Shown here: in pieces, positions 46,507 to 55,404 of the stretch | Layout of the letters: the number at the start of each line of letters is the position of its first letter | Numbering within the stretch: the first letter of the stretch is position 1 | NCBI GenBank assembly: GCA_965203175.1 | Contig: OZ241867.1 | Span: 2,464,001 to 2,528,000, forward strand | Reading direction: 5' to 3' | From: Candidatus Latescibacterota bacterium | GTDB taxonomy: Bacteria; Latescibacterota; UBA2968; UBA8231 | DNA length: 64,000 nucleotides | Program-made: the position numbers and the translations under genes | Notes under the pieces: generated by a model | What the model was told of the DNA's origin: nothing | Databases searched by the model: none | The model's input: only the letters and a program-made list of their open reading frames with translations

Positions 46507-46845
46507 ATGAAACTGCTAATGTGCGTAGTGAGACCCAACGCACTAGACGCGATCAAAGAGGCGTTGAGCGCATTGGGCGTCCAAGGCATAACGGTCAGCG
46601 AAGTCAAGGGTTTTGGTCGCCAGAAGGGCCACAAGGAGATATATCGCGGTGCCGAGTACGTCGTCGATTTTACTCCCAAGCTCAAGGTCGAGGTGGTGGT
46701 GAGGGACGACCTCGCTGAGCAGTGCTTGAGCGCTGTGCGCGAGGCCGCGCAGACGGGCCATATTGGCGACGGCAAAATTTTCGTATTGTCGGTGGATGAG
46801 GTAGTGCGGATTCGCACCGGGGAGACAGGCGACGCGGCTATTTAA
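46507..46845 (+). CDS. glnB: Nitrogen regulatory protein P-II (GlnB/GlnK)
   Basis: EVKGFGRQKGHKEIYRGAEY, TGHIGDGKIFV, RIRTGE; GAGGAGG RBS. Confidence 0.95.
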   Translation: MKLLMCVVRPNALDAIKEALSALGVQGITVSEVKGFGRQKGHKEIYRGAEYVVDFTPKLKVEVVVRDDLAEQCLSAVREAAQTGHIGDGKIFVLSVDEVVRIRTGETGDAAI

Positions 46846-46915
46846 CCCCCTGCGACGCTGATTTAGCGGGCGGGACGCCCTAGCGGTAACCATTAGAAAC
46901 AGCAATTACCCCGAC

Positions 46916-46952
46916 GCGGGCGAGGGATAAAGTTCCCTCGCCCGCTTTTTTT
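46916..46952 (+). terminator. Intrinsic terminator
   Basis: GCGGGCGAGGGA-taaagt-TCCCTCGCCCGC-T7. Confidence 0.9.
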
Positions 46953-46963
46953 GCCAAAAGTGC

Positions 46964-47007
46964 TTGACAAGTCTCTTTTGGTACTGTATTAATGACTTAA
47001 GACAGTA
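46964..47007 (+). promoter_or_regulatory. Sigma70 promoter overlapped by a YtrA-type operator palindrome
   Basis: TTGACA(46964)-N17-TATTAA. Inverted repeat TACTGTATTAA-tgac-TTAAGACAGTA (46982-47007, one mismatch). Confidence 0.8.
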
Positions 47008-47036
47008 AATCACTCGTACAATTCGAGAAGACGCTT

Positions 47037-47456
47037 ATGGCTAAACGCAAGATTGCACATGGAGGGGATGCGCTGCATCTGCGCCTCGATACTGCCGGAG
47101 GGGTGCCGATCTACCTGCAACTGATCGAACAGATCAAGTACCACATCGCCACCGGCACCCTCAAAGCCGACGACGAGTTGCCATCGGTGCGAGCCGTGGC
47201 CAACGCCCAGCTAATCAACCCGAACACCGTCGCCCGCGCTTACCTCGAATTGGAGCGCGAGGGCGTCATCTATAAAAGACGCGGCATGGGAACGTATGTC
47301 GCCGAAAAGGGGGTTTCTATGAGTACTGAAGAGCGGCTGAATATCGTTCGCAACTTAATGGAAAAGGCACTGGTGGAAGGGACGCAGCTTGGGCTGGACG
47401 CGGCGAGCCTGCGCCGAGTGTTTGAGGAAACCCTAGAAAAATTCAGCAGCCAATAG
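47037..47456 (+). CDS. GntR-family regulator, YtrA subfamily
   Basis: PIYLQL, LPSVR, INPNTVARAY.ELE, RGMGTYV; short C-terminus; heads an ABC operon. Confidence 0.93.
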   Translation: MAKRKIAHGGDALHLRLDTAGGVPIYLQLIEQIKYHIATGTLKADDELPSVRAVANAQLINPNTVARAYLELEREGVIYKRRGMGTYVAEKGVSMSTEERLNIVRNLMEKALVEGTQLGLDAASLRRVFEETLEKFSSQ

Positions 47457-47467
47457 GAGAAGCAACT

Positions 47468-48364
47468 ATGGCAGCAGCGGCGATTCGCATCGCAGGCTTG
47501 GTTAAGACCTTTGGCAAGCATCGAGCGGTAGATGGGCTAGACTTAGAGGTGCCCGAGGGCAGTATCTTCGGCTTTCTAGGGCGCAATGGGGCTGGCAAGA
47601 CCACGACCATCAAAATACTGATGAATATGCTCAAACCCACCGCCGGCGCGGTGGAGGTGCTGGGTCAAGATCCGCACGTCCACGAAAAGAAACTCAAGGA
47701 GCGGGTGGGCTACATCTCGGACAATCCGGTGCTGTACGACTGGATGAAGGTCGAGGAGGTGGCGTGGTTTGCCGGGCAGTTGTATCCGCGCTGGGATCAG
47801 CAGAAGGTCGCCGCGCTGATCGAGCACTTTGGGCTGGACCCCAAGCAGAAGATCAAGCACCTGTCGCGGGGCATGAACGCCCAACTCAATCTGGCCTTGG
47901 TGCTGGGCCACGACCCAGAATTGTTGATCCTCGACGAGCCAGCTTCGGGCTTGGACGTAATCGTGCGCCGCGACGTGCTCGAAAGCATAATCCAAGTCAT
48001 CAGTGCGGAAGGCCGAACGGTGTTTTTCTCTTCGCATTTGGTCCACGAGGTCGAGCGGGTGGCCGACCAAGTCGCCATTATCGACCAGGGCAAGCTGTTG
48101 GTCTGCGGCGAGTTGGACGCGGTGCGGCAGCAGATCAAACGAGTGCTGGTGCGGGCCGAGGACGCGGTGGATTTTGCCGGGGTGACCGGGCTGCGCGGCG
48201 TGCAAGGCGAGGGCCGCCAGCGGCTGTTGACCGTTTTCGATTACGGAGACGAGTCCAAGGCGCAGATCGAGGCGGCAGGCGGACAGGTTGTCGAGGTGAT
48301 CGACTTGAGCTTAGAGGAGAGCTTCGTCGAGCACGTGACGCCGCAAGGGGAGCTTCCGTCGTGA
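47468..48364 (+). CDS. ABC-2 type ATP-binding protein (YtrB-like)
   Basis: GRNGAGKTT, LSRGM, ILDEPASGLD, SSH. Confidence 0.95.
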   Translation: MAAAAIRIAGLVKTFGKHRAVDGLDLEVPEGSIFGFLGRNGAGKTTTIKILMNMLKPTAGAVEVLGQDPHVHEKKLKERVGYISDNPVLYDWMKVEEVAWFAGQLYPRWDQQKVAALIEHFGLDPKQKIKHLSRGMNAQLNLALVLGHDPELLILDEPASGLDVIVRRDVLESIIQVISAEGRTVFFSSHLVHEVERVADQVAIIDQGKLLVCGELDAVRQQIKRVLVRAEDAVDFAGVTGLRGVQGEGRQRLLTVFDYGDESKAQIEAAGGQVVEVIDLSLEESFVEHVTPQGELPS

Positions 48365-50247
48365 GGGCTTGGCGCGCATTGCTGTGGAAGGAAAGCCGCG
48401 AGGAACTGCCGGGGGTGCTGGTGGGGTTGGGACTATGCACGGTGGTGGTGGCATTGCGGCAGAACGCGGGGTTCAACGAGGACTTTGCCCCAAACTTTAA
48501 TGAGTGGATTGCGATCTTTGTCGTGGTGTACGGTATCGGGCTGGGCATGCACTTGGTCGCCAAGGAAAGCAGCAAGGGCACCCTGTCGTTTTTGCTGGGC
48601 AAGCCCTTGTCGGCCGTGGAGGTGTTGCTGCCCAAGTATGCCGTTGGCGCAGCAGCTCTGTTGGTGGTGACTGCTGGGGCTTGGGCGACGGTGTATCTGG
48701 ACTTGGAGGGGCTGGCGTCTAAGGGCTATAGCATCTACGGCAATAGTGGTGCTTGGTCCCCCGATCTAAAGCGGCTCGCCGAGGAGGTAGGCTATGTCAA
48801 CATGTTGCTTTTTTCTTTTACGTCGGTGCTGGCGATCTATAGCCTGATCTTCGCTAGCTCGCCGGTGACTGACCACCCGCTCAAGGGGGCCGCCTTGGGC
48901 ATTTTGCTACTGATCGCTTTGGGTATAGGTATAGAAGCCAGCAACCTGCTTGAGTATTTCCCCGCACTCAAGCCAGCCTTCTACTTCAATATCGGAATGG
49001 GCAAGGATAAGATCGTCCGCCTGGTGGGCGATCCTTGGCTTTATTTTGTGCGGTTAGGTGCGACAGTGGCGGCGATGGCAGCCGGTGTGGCCGTTTCCAT
49101 AGCACTTTTGCGCCGCTTCCGCGGAGCTAGTCTCGGCTGGAAGCCTATTGTCTCCGGCTGGCTGGCCCTGATCGCTTTCGCAACCGCGATGAATTTGACT
49201 TCTGCTCCCCCCCTGCCGAAACCGGGACCGCTAAGTATTCTAACCCCCGAAGAAGGGGCCTATCTCGACTTGGCCGTCGTTGGAGATCGGGGGTATGTGG
49301 CGACTGAAGGGGGCTTGGCTGTCGTGGATTTGCGCGATCCTACCAAACCTGAACCACTAGCGGCCGTGGAGGCACCGCTGTGGTCAATGCGCCGGATCGC
49401 GGTCGTGGATTCGCTGGCCTATCTCCTCGGCCAGCGCAAGGGCTTGCCCGCCGACAGCCTCGGTATCGCCGTCTTTAGTGTTGGCGATCCGGCCCACCCG
49501 GTCTTCAAAGGGTACCGAATAATCGGCGACGATATAAATACATCTTGGGACTGGAATCGCTGCGGCGCAGGGCTGATCCTCAACGGACGCTGGGGCGGCA
49601 AGTTGGGAATAGTGTCATTTGCGTTAGATGCGGAAGGGCTGCCAGCACGGGCTGATGAATTAGTCGTCGAAGAGCTAGAAGCAGACTATGAGAATGACCC
49701 CACGTCCGGTTGGTGGGCACACAAACTGTCCATGCACATACACAACGAGCGAATATGGGTAGGGTACGGAGCCGGTTTCCTCGCGGTGGATGCCCGGAAT
49801 CTGGAGGCGCTACAAGAGGCTGTGCGGGTGGAAATGGGCGACTACAACAGCGATTACGATGTACATAAGAGCCGCCTGATAACCCGTGAGGGCAACACGC
49901 TCTACGTCCAACGGTACTGGCCCGGGGACCTAGTAGCCTTCGACATCACTGACCCCAATGCGCCACGCGAGATCGGATACTGGTCTTTTAGTGCTTGGAA
50001 TACGATAAAAATAATTGACGGCTGGGTGTACAGTACGGGATTGAATGGGTTATCCGCGTATCGGCAGACCCCTTATCACACCTACGAGTACGTGGGTTAT
50101 TGGCACGCGCCCGACGAGCTACTGTCTTTGCCTTCCTTCGCGTCTGGATGGAGACGGCTCCATCTCGTCCGCGACCATTTCTACACCTTAATCGGGCGTT
50201 CGCTCATGGTGTTCCCGCTGGAGCAGGCCCAAGGAGGCCGGCTATGA
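48361..50247 (+). CDS. ABC-2 permease fused to an extracytoplasmic LVIVD-like beta-propeller
   Basis: GTG 48361 overlaps the previous stop (the track start is over-extended). LLWKE.RE, KESSKGTLSFLL.KP, several TMs, then GLAVVDLRDPTKP, IAVFSVGDPAHP, LVAFDITDPNAP. Confidence 0.8.
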   Translation: MRAWRALLWKESREELPGVLVGLGLCTVVVALRQNAGFNEDFAPNFNEWIAIFVVVYGIGLGMHLVAKESSKGTLSFLLGKPLSAVEVLLPKYAVGAAALLVVTAGAWATVYLDLEGLASKGYSIYGNSGAWSPDLKRLAEEVGYVNMLLFSFTSVLAIYSLIFASSPVTDHPLKGAALGILLLIALGIGIEASNLLEYFPALKPAFYFNIGMGKDKIVRLVGDPWLYFVRLGATVAAMAAGVAVSIALLRRFRGASLGWKPIVSGWLALIAFATAMNLTSAPPLPKPGPLSILTPEEGAYLDLAVVGDRGYVATEGGLAVVDLRDPTKPEPLAAVEAPLWSMRRIAVVDSLAYLLGQRKGLPADSLGIAVFSVGDPAHPVFKGYRIIGDDINTSWDWNRCGAGLILNGRWGGKLGIVSFALDAEGLPARADELVVEELEADYENDPTSGWWAHKLSMHIHNERIWVGYGAGFLAVDARNLEALQEAVRVEMGDYNSDYDVHKSRLITREGNTLYVQRYWPGDLVAFDITDPNAPREIGYWSFSAWNTIKIIDGWVYSTGLNGLSAYRQTPYHTYEYVGYWHAPDELLSLPSFASGWRRLHLVRDHFYTLIGRSLMVFPLEQAQGGRL

Positions 50248-52112
50248 GCGCCTTGTACGCGTTGTTGTGGAAAGAGGGCCGCGAAATCCTGCCCAAGGTC
50301 CTGGTATTTGTCGCGCTCGCCGCACTGGTCTATCTGATGCGGCACAATGCCGATTTCAACCGCATCTATGTAAAAGGATTCGAAATTCTGATTATGGGTG
50401 GTCTAGTGATGATGGCGATGGGGGCTGTGGACGCCATCGCTCGCGAGCGCAGCACAGGCACCCTATCCTTCCTCCTAGACAAGCCGGTGGCGGGCACGAC
50501 GGTGCTGGCCGTCAAGTTTTTGGTGGGACTTGGCGGGCTGCTGTTGGTTGCGCTAGTAGCTTGGGCGACGGTGTACCTAAACTTGGACAGTCTTGAGACG
50601 AACCCCGATTGGCAAGCATATAAACTGGTCACCGTGCAGAGTATCGACTATGCCTCAATGGTCGCCCTGTCATTTACTCAGTATTCGTTGCTCTACGCTT
50701 TAATTTTTATCAGCTCGGTGGTCACAGATCACCCTGTCAAGGGCCTCGCCATGGGAATTGCGCTGGCCGTGGTGTTGGGGGTTTTACTCATAGGCCCGGC
50801 GACGGCCGTCTTTCCAATTCTCAAGCACTACCCGCTCGTCGCAATCGGCGATAACCAAGGGCATCTGGTGAGCTTAGCGATGGACTCAGCTCGGTTTTGG
50901 GTGAAAGTCTTGGTTAGTCTGGGTCTGACAGCGGCAGCACTAGCGGTGGCGGTGGTGCTGTTGCGCCGCTACCGCGAGGCAATTCTCTCGTGGCGCACGG
51001 TGGTGATGGGGTGGGTTGCAGTCCTTGCCGTCATCCTTGCCGTCTCCTATGTCGAGGTCTCTGGGGACAACCAGCGGATGCCCGCCGGGATATTAGAACG
51101 CCCCGTTAATGGGGCCTATATGGACCTCGTTATCCATGGGGAGTTTGCCTATATGACCACCGGAGAAAGAAGTATCGCCATCGCCGCCCTGAACGACCCA
51201 CAGCAAATGCGCCTGCTCGGCAGCACTACATCCAAGGACTATGTATTGAGCAGTCAGGGGCTACCATCGAGCGAAATATGCGTAATCGATTCGCTGGCCT
51301 ACATCGTCGGATGGCGCAAAGGGCTGCCCAGCGACAGCCTCGTGGTGACGGTCTTCGACGTCAGCGATCCGACCGCGCCCACGCTCAAGGGCCACCTCAT
51401 GTTCGCCGCCGTCAAAAAGGCGAAGAGGCACTACCAGTACTGGGGAGCCACGGACGGCGGTTTGCTCTTGGTCCGCGAGCGGGGCGACGCCGTGATCGCC
51501 GAGGCTTTTGCCCTCGACGCCGAGGGAATGCCGGTAGCAGGCGATGAACAGGAACTCATGCCCATTCCCAATTCCGACTCCCCTTGGGAGCGCCGGTGCC
51601 ATGTACGGGTGCGCGGCAGTCGCGCCTACGTTGGGACTGAGCGCGAATTGGTGGTCCTCAATGTGGCCGATGCACGCGCTTTGCGCGAGATCGGGCGGCA
51701 TACGCTAGAGTCCTTTCGGGGTCGGACGTACTACGATTCTAGGCTGGTAGCTATCGAGGACGACAGGCTTTATGTCGAGCGCTTTTGGCCGCACGAGTTA
51801 GTCGAGTTCGATATCACCAATCCCGACTCATTGCGCGAAGTAGGATACCTGCCGTTGTCTCAAAGCGATAGGCTGGACCTTGTGCAGTTGCTGATTGCCA
51901 ATGGAGTAGCCTATGGCCGAATAGGCCACTCAGACGTCAAGGCGAGAGCGTGGACTATAGCCGGATATGGGGCACTTATCGAGGGAGATCCCTTGATTGC
52001 ACCTGAAGAACCCGATAGGGAGCACTCTTGGAGTTTCAACGCCATGTCTGTGGCCAATGGGTATCTCTACGCGACGAGGCGCGGTGCGCTGCTGGCGTAC
52101 CGTTTGGACTAG
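50244..52112 (+). CDS. Second ABC-2 permease / LVIVD-like beta-propeller fusion (paralog)
   Basis: ATGA overlap at 50244. LLWKEGRE, RERSTGTLSFLLDKP, VTVFDVSDPTAP, LVEFDITNPDS. Confidence 0.8.
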   Translation: MSALYALLWKEGREILPKVLVFVALAALVYLMRHNADFNRIYVKGFEILIMGGLVMMAMGAVDAIARERSTGTLSFLLDKPVAGTTVLAVKFLVGLGGLLLVALVAWATVYLNLDSLETNPDWQAYKLVTVQSIDYASMVALSFTQYSLLYALIFISSVVTDHPVKGLAMGIALAVVLGVLLIGPATAVFPILKHYPLVAIGDNQGHLVSLAMDSARFWVKVLVSLGLTAAALAVAVVLLRRYREAILSWRTVVMGWVAVLAVILAVSYVEVSGDNQRMPAGILERPVNGAYMDLVIHGEFAYMTTGERSIAIAALNDPQQMRLLGSTTSKDYVLSSQGLPSSEICVIDSLAYIVGWRKGLPSDSLVVTVFDVSDPTAPTLKGHLMFAAVKKAKRHYQYWGATDGGLLLVRERGDAVIAEAFALDAEGMPVAGDEQELMPIPNSDSPWERRCHVRVRGSRAYVGTERELVVLNVADARALREIGRHTLESFRGRTYYDSRLVAIEDDRLYVERFWPHELVEFDITNPDSLREVGYLPLSQSDRLDLVQLLIANGVAYGRIGHSDVKARAWTIAGYGALIEGDPLIAPEEPDREHSWSFNAMSVANGYLYATRRGALLAYRLD

Positions 52113-52189
52113 GGGCAAGACTAAGGAAGGCGGACCTAGGGACGACGGAGTTCCTATTTCAAGAAGGTTTTCGACCAAGGAGAAGTCTG

Positions 52190-52372
52190 ATGAAACTATA
52201 CCTTAGCCTGTTCGTCGCCCTGCTCAGCACAGCGAGCGTGAGGCTGGCCCAAGCACCACGCGCCGCGACCATCACGGGAAAGATACACAACCCCCCAGCG
52301 CGAGAAATCGAGTTCGGCTACCGATCCTCGCTGTCGCCAACAAGGTCTGAACACCCAAGCGTGTTCCTTTGA
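52190..52372 (+). pseudogene. Truncated N-terminus of a TlpA-like paralog
   Basis: AAGGAG RBS, signal peptide, then ATITGKIHNPPAREIEFGY (cf. AIITGEIRDPTSREITFSY in 52491..54473), then a stop. Confidence 0.7.
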
Positions 52373-52490
52373 CGATTGAATTGTTGGATTCGCAAGTATC
52401 ATCGCCGCAGATATGATATTCAAGGAAAGGAAAGCGACGGAATTATCTGCGGGCCTTGTCAATGCACACACCCTGAATGGAGGAAGCCTC

Positions 52491-54473
52491 ATGACGAACA
52501 CATACGGTAGTATCCTAATGGCCATACTAATCGCGTCGAGCGCTTGTCTAGCCAGCGCGCAGAGCCAGTCATCGGTTGCGATCATCACTGGCGAAATTCG
52601 GGATCCAACTTCGCGGGAAATCACGTTTAGCTACCAACCACCGTCGGCGCTAGGAAGCGCTGAGGAGCGGGTTGTGCTCGACAGCCTGAACCGCTTCGCC
52701 TGCGAGCTGCCCGTCATTCGGGGATCCCTAGGCTGGGTCTACTACGATGAAGGGCGGTCGATCTTCTTCATCGAACCCGGTGACAGTCTGCACGTCGTCG
52801 TGGAGGAGGGCGCTTACTCGTTTAGCGGCCCCAATGCGGACAACAGCCGCTTCATTGCCGAGTTTATCCCGCGATTTTCCACCCCGCTCGACTACGAGGA
52901 TCTGGAGGTGGAGGATTTCAAGCGCCAAATAGACCAACGGCGGCGAGACGAGTTCGAGTTTCTGGCCGAGTGGCGCGAAAAATACGCGCTCTCTCCGGTT
53001 TTCATCGACTATGCAACGGCTTTCTTCAACTACGAATGGGCCGAATTCATGATTTCCTATCCGATGGATTATCGCCGTGCCAACGGCTACAAAAATAGAA
53101 ATATCCCCCCGGAGTACTACGACTTTCTCCAAGAAATCCCCTTGGTGGATGAAAAGTCCATAGGCGTACCAACTTATCACTCCTTTCTGGAGCGGACCTT
53201 GGCCTGGGAGTTGGACAAGGCTCCGAGATCATCTAGTACGATGTCTGACATATGTGACATGTTGGGTTTGGCGCTGTCGGAGGAGACCAAGGCTCAACTC
53301 GACTCTCTGTACGAAGAAGAGGGCCGACGGCCCAAGCTGTCGAAAATGGTCAATCTGTCAGCGGTTGGTTTGTCGCCGCCGACCCAGGCTCAACTAGATT
53401 CCCTCTACGAAGAGAATAAATCGCTCAAGCTATCCCAGATGTTCGATTTGTCGGCGTTTGGTCTTTCGCAGACCGCCCAAGCCGAATTCGACTCATTCTT
53501 TGAAAGAAATGGTAGATCGTATAGCTCCACCTCTTCGAGCAAGGAAGAAGTGGCTAGGGTGGATACAACGGGCGGGGGATTGATGTTTTTCCTGCCTGCA
53601 AATGAAGAGACAGATAGTTTTGAACAGATGGAGTCCTTCAGTAAGACGCCAAAATTGTCCGAACTAATCGATTTGTCAGCGGTTGGTCTATCGGCAGCGA
53701 TCCAGGCCGAACTCGATTCCCTGTACGAACATCGCCAGCCGCTCAGGCTGTCCGAGAAGATTGATCTATCGGGCTTGGGGCTAGCGGATGCCATTCAGGC
53801 CCAACTCGATTCAATATATGCCACAGGACGCTGGACAGTCTGGCACTTTTCGAAGAGGTACGATTTGGCCAAGAAAAAACTGGAGGGGAGAGTACTCTAC
53901 TGGTTTCTGGCGGAAGAAGTGATCAGTGGGTTTGAGCGCGGTAGCAAAGCCTTTGCGTTGGCCCAGCGCAAGTGGGAAGATTTCCAAGAGATCAACCCGT
54001 ACCCGGAATACACCGAGGCCATCCAAGCAGTTATATATGAGGCCCTGAATCTACAATCTGGGCAACCCGCACCTGCTTTCACTCTCCACGACCTCGACGG
54101 TCAGCCCGTATCGCTGAGTCAGTTCAAAGGCCAAGCGGTTCTGCTCGACTTCTGGGCGAGTTGGTGCGGGCCGTGTATCATTGACCTGCCCGATATCCGC
54201 AAAATCAAGGAGAAAACGAATGCTCTGCCGGTCGTCTTCCTCAACATGTCGCTGGACGAGGATGAAGCCGCTTGGCGAGGGGCCATCACCGAACACGAAA
54301 TCGAAGGCGTCCATGTGCGCGCTGACGGTTTTGGCTCAGACGTCGCCAAGTCCTACCAGGTGAACGCCTTGCCCTCGTATTACTTAGTGGACTCGCAAGG
54401 ATTGATCGTAGATCGTCTGGATGGCGTAAGGGGTACAGACGCGATTGTCGCGATGATCGAGAAGAGCTTGTGA
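52491..54473 (+). CDS. Secreted TlpA/ResA-like thiol-disulfide oxidoreductase with a long N-terminal region and five internal ~30-aa repeats
   Basis: Signal peptide; APAFTLHDLDG, LLDFWASWCGPC, LPSYYLVD. ATG 52491 follows a GGAGG RBS. Confidence 0.88.
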   Translation: MTNTYGSILMAILIASSACLASAQSQSSVAIITGEIRDPTSREITFSYQPPSALGSAEERVVLDSLNRFACELPVIRGSLGWVYYDEGRSIFFIEPGDSLHVVVEEGAYSFSGPNADNSRFIAEFIPRFSTPLDYEDLEVEDFKRQIDQRRRDEFEFLAEWREKYALSPVFIDYATAFFNYEWAEFMISYPMDYRRANGYKNRNIPPEYYDFLQEIPLVDEKSIGVPTYHSFLERTLAWELDKAPRSSSTMSDICDMLGLALSEETKAQLDSLYEEEGRRPKLSKMVNLSAVGLSPPTQAQLDSLYEENKSLKLSQMFDLSAFGLSQTAQAEFDSFFERNGRSYSSTSSSKEEVARVDTTGGGLMFFLPANEETDSFEQMESFSKTPKLSELIDLSAVGLSAAIQAELDSLYEHRQPLRLSEKIDLSGLGLADAIQAQLDSIYATGRWTVWHFSKRYDLAKKKLEGRVLYWFLAEEVISGFERGSKAFALAQRKWEDFQEINPYPEYTEAIQAVIYEALNLQSGQPAPAFTLHDLDGQPVSLSQFKGQAVLLDFWASWCGPCIIDLPDIRKIKEKTNALPVVFLNMSLDEDEAAWRGAITEHEIEGVHVRADGFGSDVAKSYQVNALPSYYLVDSQGLIVDRLDGVRGTDAIVAMIEKSL

Positions 54474-54522
54474 GTAATCTGAGCAGGCGTCTCTTGAGCC
54501 GAACCTGAATGGAGAAAGGCCC

Positions 54523-55279
54523 ATGACGAACCGATACGGTAGTATCCTAGGAAGCGTTCTTAAAACTCATTTCAGTTGGTGCGTCGCTTGAGTATCAAAT
54601 GAATCATCGCGATGTAGATAAACGCTTCACTGTTACACGGCAAGACCTCGTAGTATTTGGCGTGGACTCCACCGTCTTCCAACAGCCAAACGACGAAGTC
54701 AGCAGAGGCCAGAGATACCCGGTTTTGGCTCGGTAAACAATGCCATTGATCACCAAACGAACATCGCACAGCGGCCGACCCGGACCACCGCGATGCCAAC
54801 GACATCGAAGCTATCGAGGCGACGTTGGCCAAGGCGCTGGTTCTACAACCGGGATAACCCGCGCCTGACTTCACGCTCGACGACCTCGATGGCCAGCCGG
54901 TATCGCTGAACCAATTCAGAGGGAAGGCGGTATTCATTGATTTCTGGACAAGTTGGTGCGGCCGTGTATCGGCGATTTGCCCTATATACAGAAAATCAAA
55001 GCAGAGATGGCCGAGCAGCCGGTCGTCTTCCTCAACATCTCGTTGGACGACGATGAGGAAGCTTGGAAGAAGGCGGTTGCCAAATACGAGATCAAAGGCG
55101 TCCATCTGCGGGTGGCTGGCTGAGATACGGACGTAGCAAAAGCCTATAGCATCCGCAGTTTGCCTTCGTATTATGTGGTGGATGCACAGGGGCGGATCGC
55201 GGAACGGCTGCGCGCAATGCACGATACTCAAGGGATCGTCGCCAAGATCTCGGAGAGCACCAAAGCAGCGGGCGGCTGA
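54523..55279 (+). pseudogene. IS-disrupted TlpA-like paralog
   Basis: First 9 codons MTNRYGSIL (with RBS) at 54523. Thioredoxin domain at ~54803-55279 has an in-frame TAA, a 1-nt deletion in WCGPC and a TGA at a Trp position. Confidence 0.85.
54547..54798 (-). mobile_element. Internally deleted IS5-family element remnant
   Basis: Minus-strand fragments GGPGRPLCDVRLVINGIVYRAKTGYLW (N-terminal motif) and KYYEVLPCNSEAFIYIAMIHLILKR* (C-terminal motif). An end-like sequence TTTTAAGAACGCTTC abuts CTAG. Confidence 0.75.
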
Positions 55280-55304
55280 TCGCCAGACTAGCCGAGGTTT
55301 AAGG

Positions 55305-55337
55305 AAGAGGGGTCGGGATTGCTCCCGGCCCCTTTTT
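55305..55337 (+). terminator. Intrinsic terminator
   Basis: AGGGGTCGGGA-ttgc-TCCCGGCCCCT-TTTT. Confidence 0.75.
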
Positions 55338-55404
55338 GCGCTATCATCGGAATGCTTTGGTGCCGAGGGGAAAATGGAGCAGCCTCTAACAGGGACAAAA
55401 GCCG

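Noticed and set aside
46314-46817. N-terminal extension of the 821-aa substrate-binding ORF
   Set aside because: It is antisense to the P-II gene; the lipoprotein signal starts at 46313.
47764-48360. N-terminal extension of the 827-aa permease ORF
   Set aside because: Out-of-frame overlap with the ATPase; the paralog alignment places the start at GTG 48361.
54855-55125. Selenocysteine read-through of the TGA in the tlpA copy (selA is present)
   Set aside because: The TGA is at a Trp position, not in CxxC, and the copy also has a TAA and a frameshift, so it is a pseudogene.
54572-55231. 219-aa minus-strand ORF as a real gene
   Set aside because: It is antisense tlpA pseudogene sequence joined to the IS5 C-terminal fragment.
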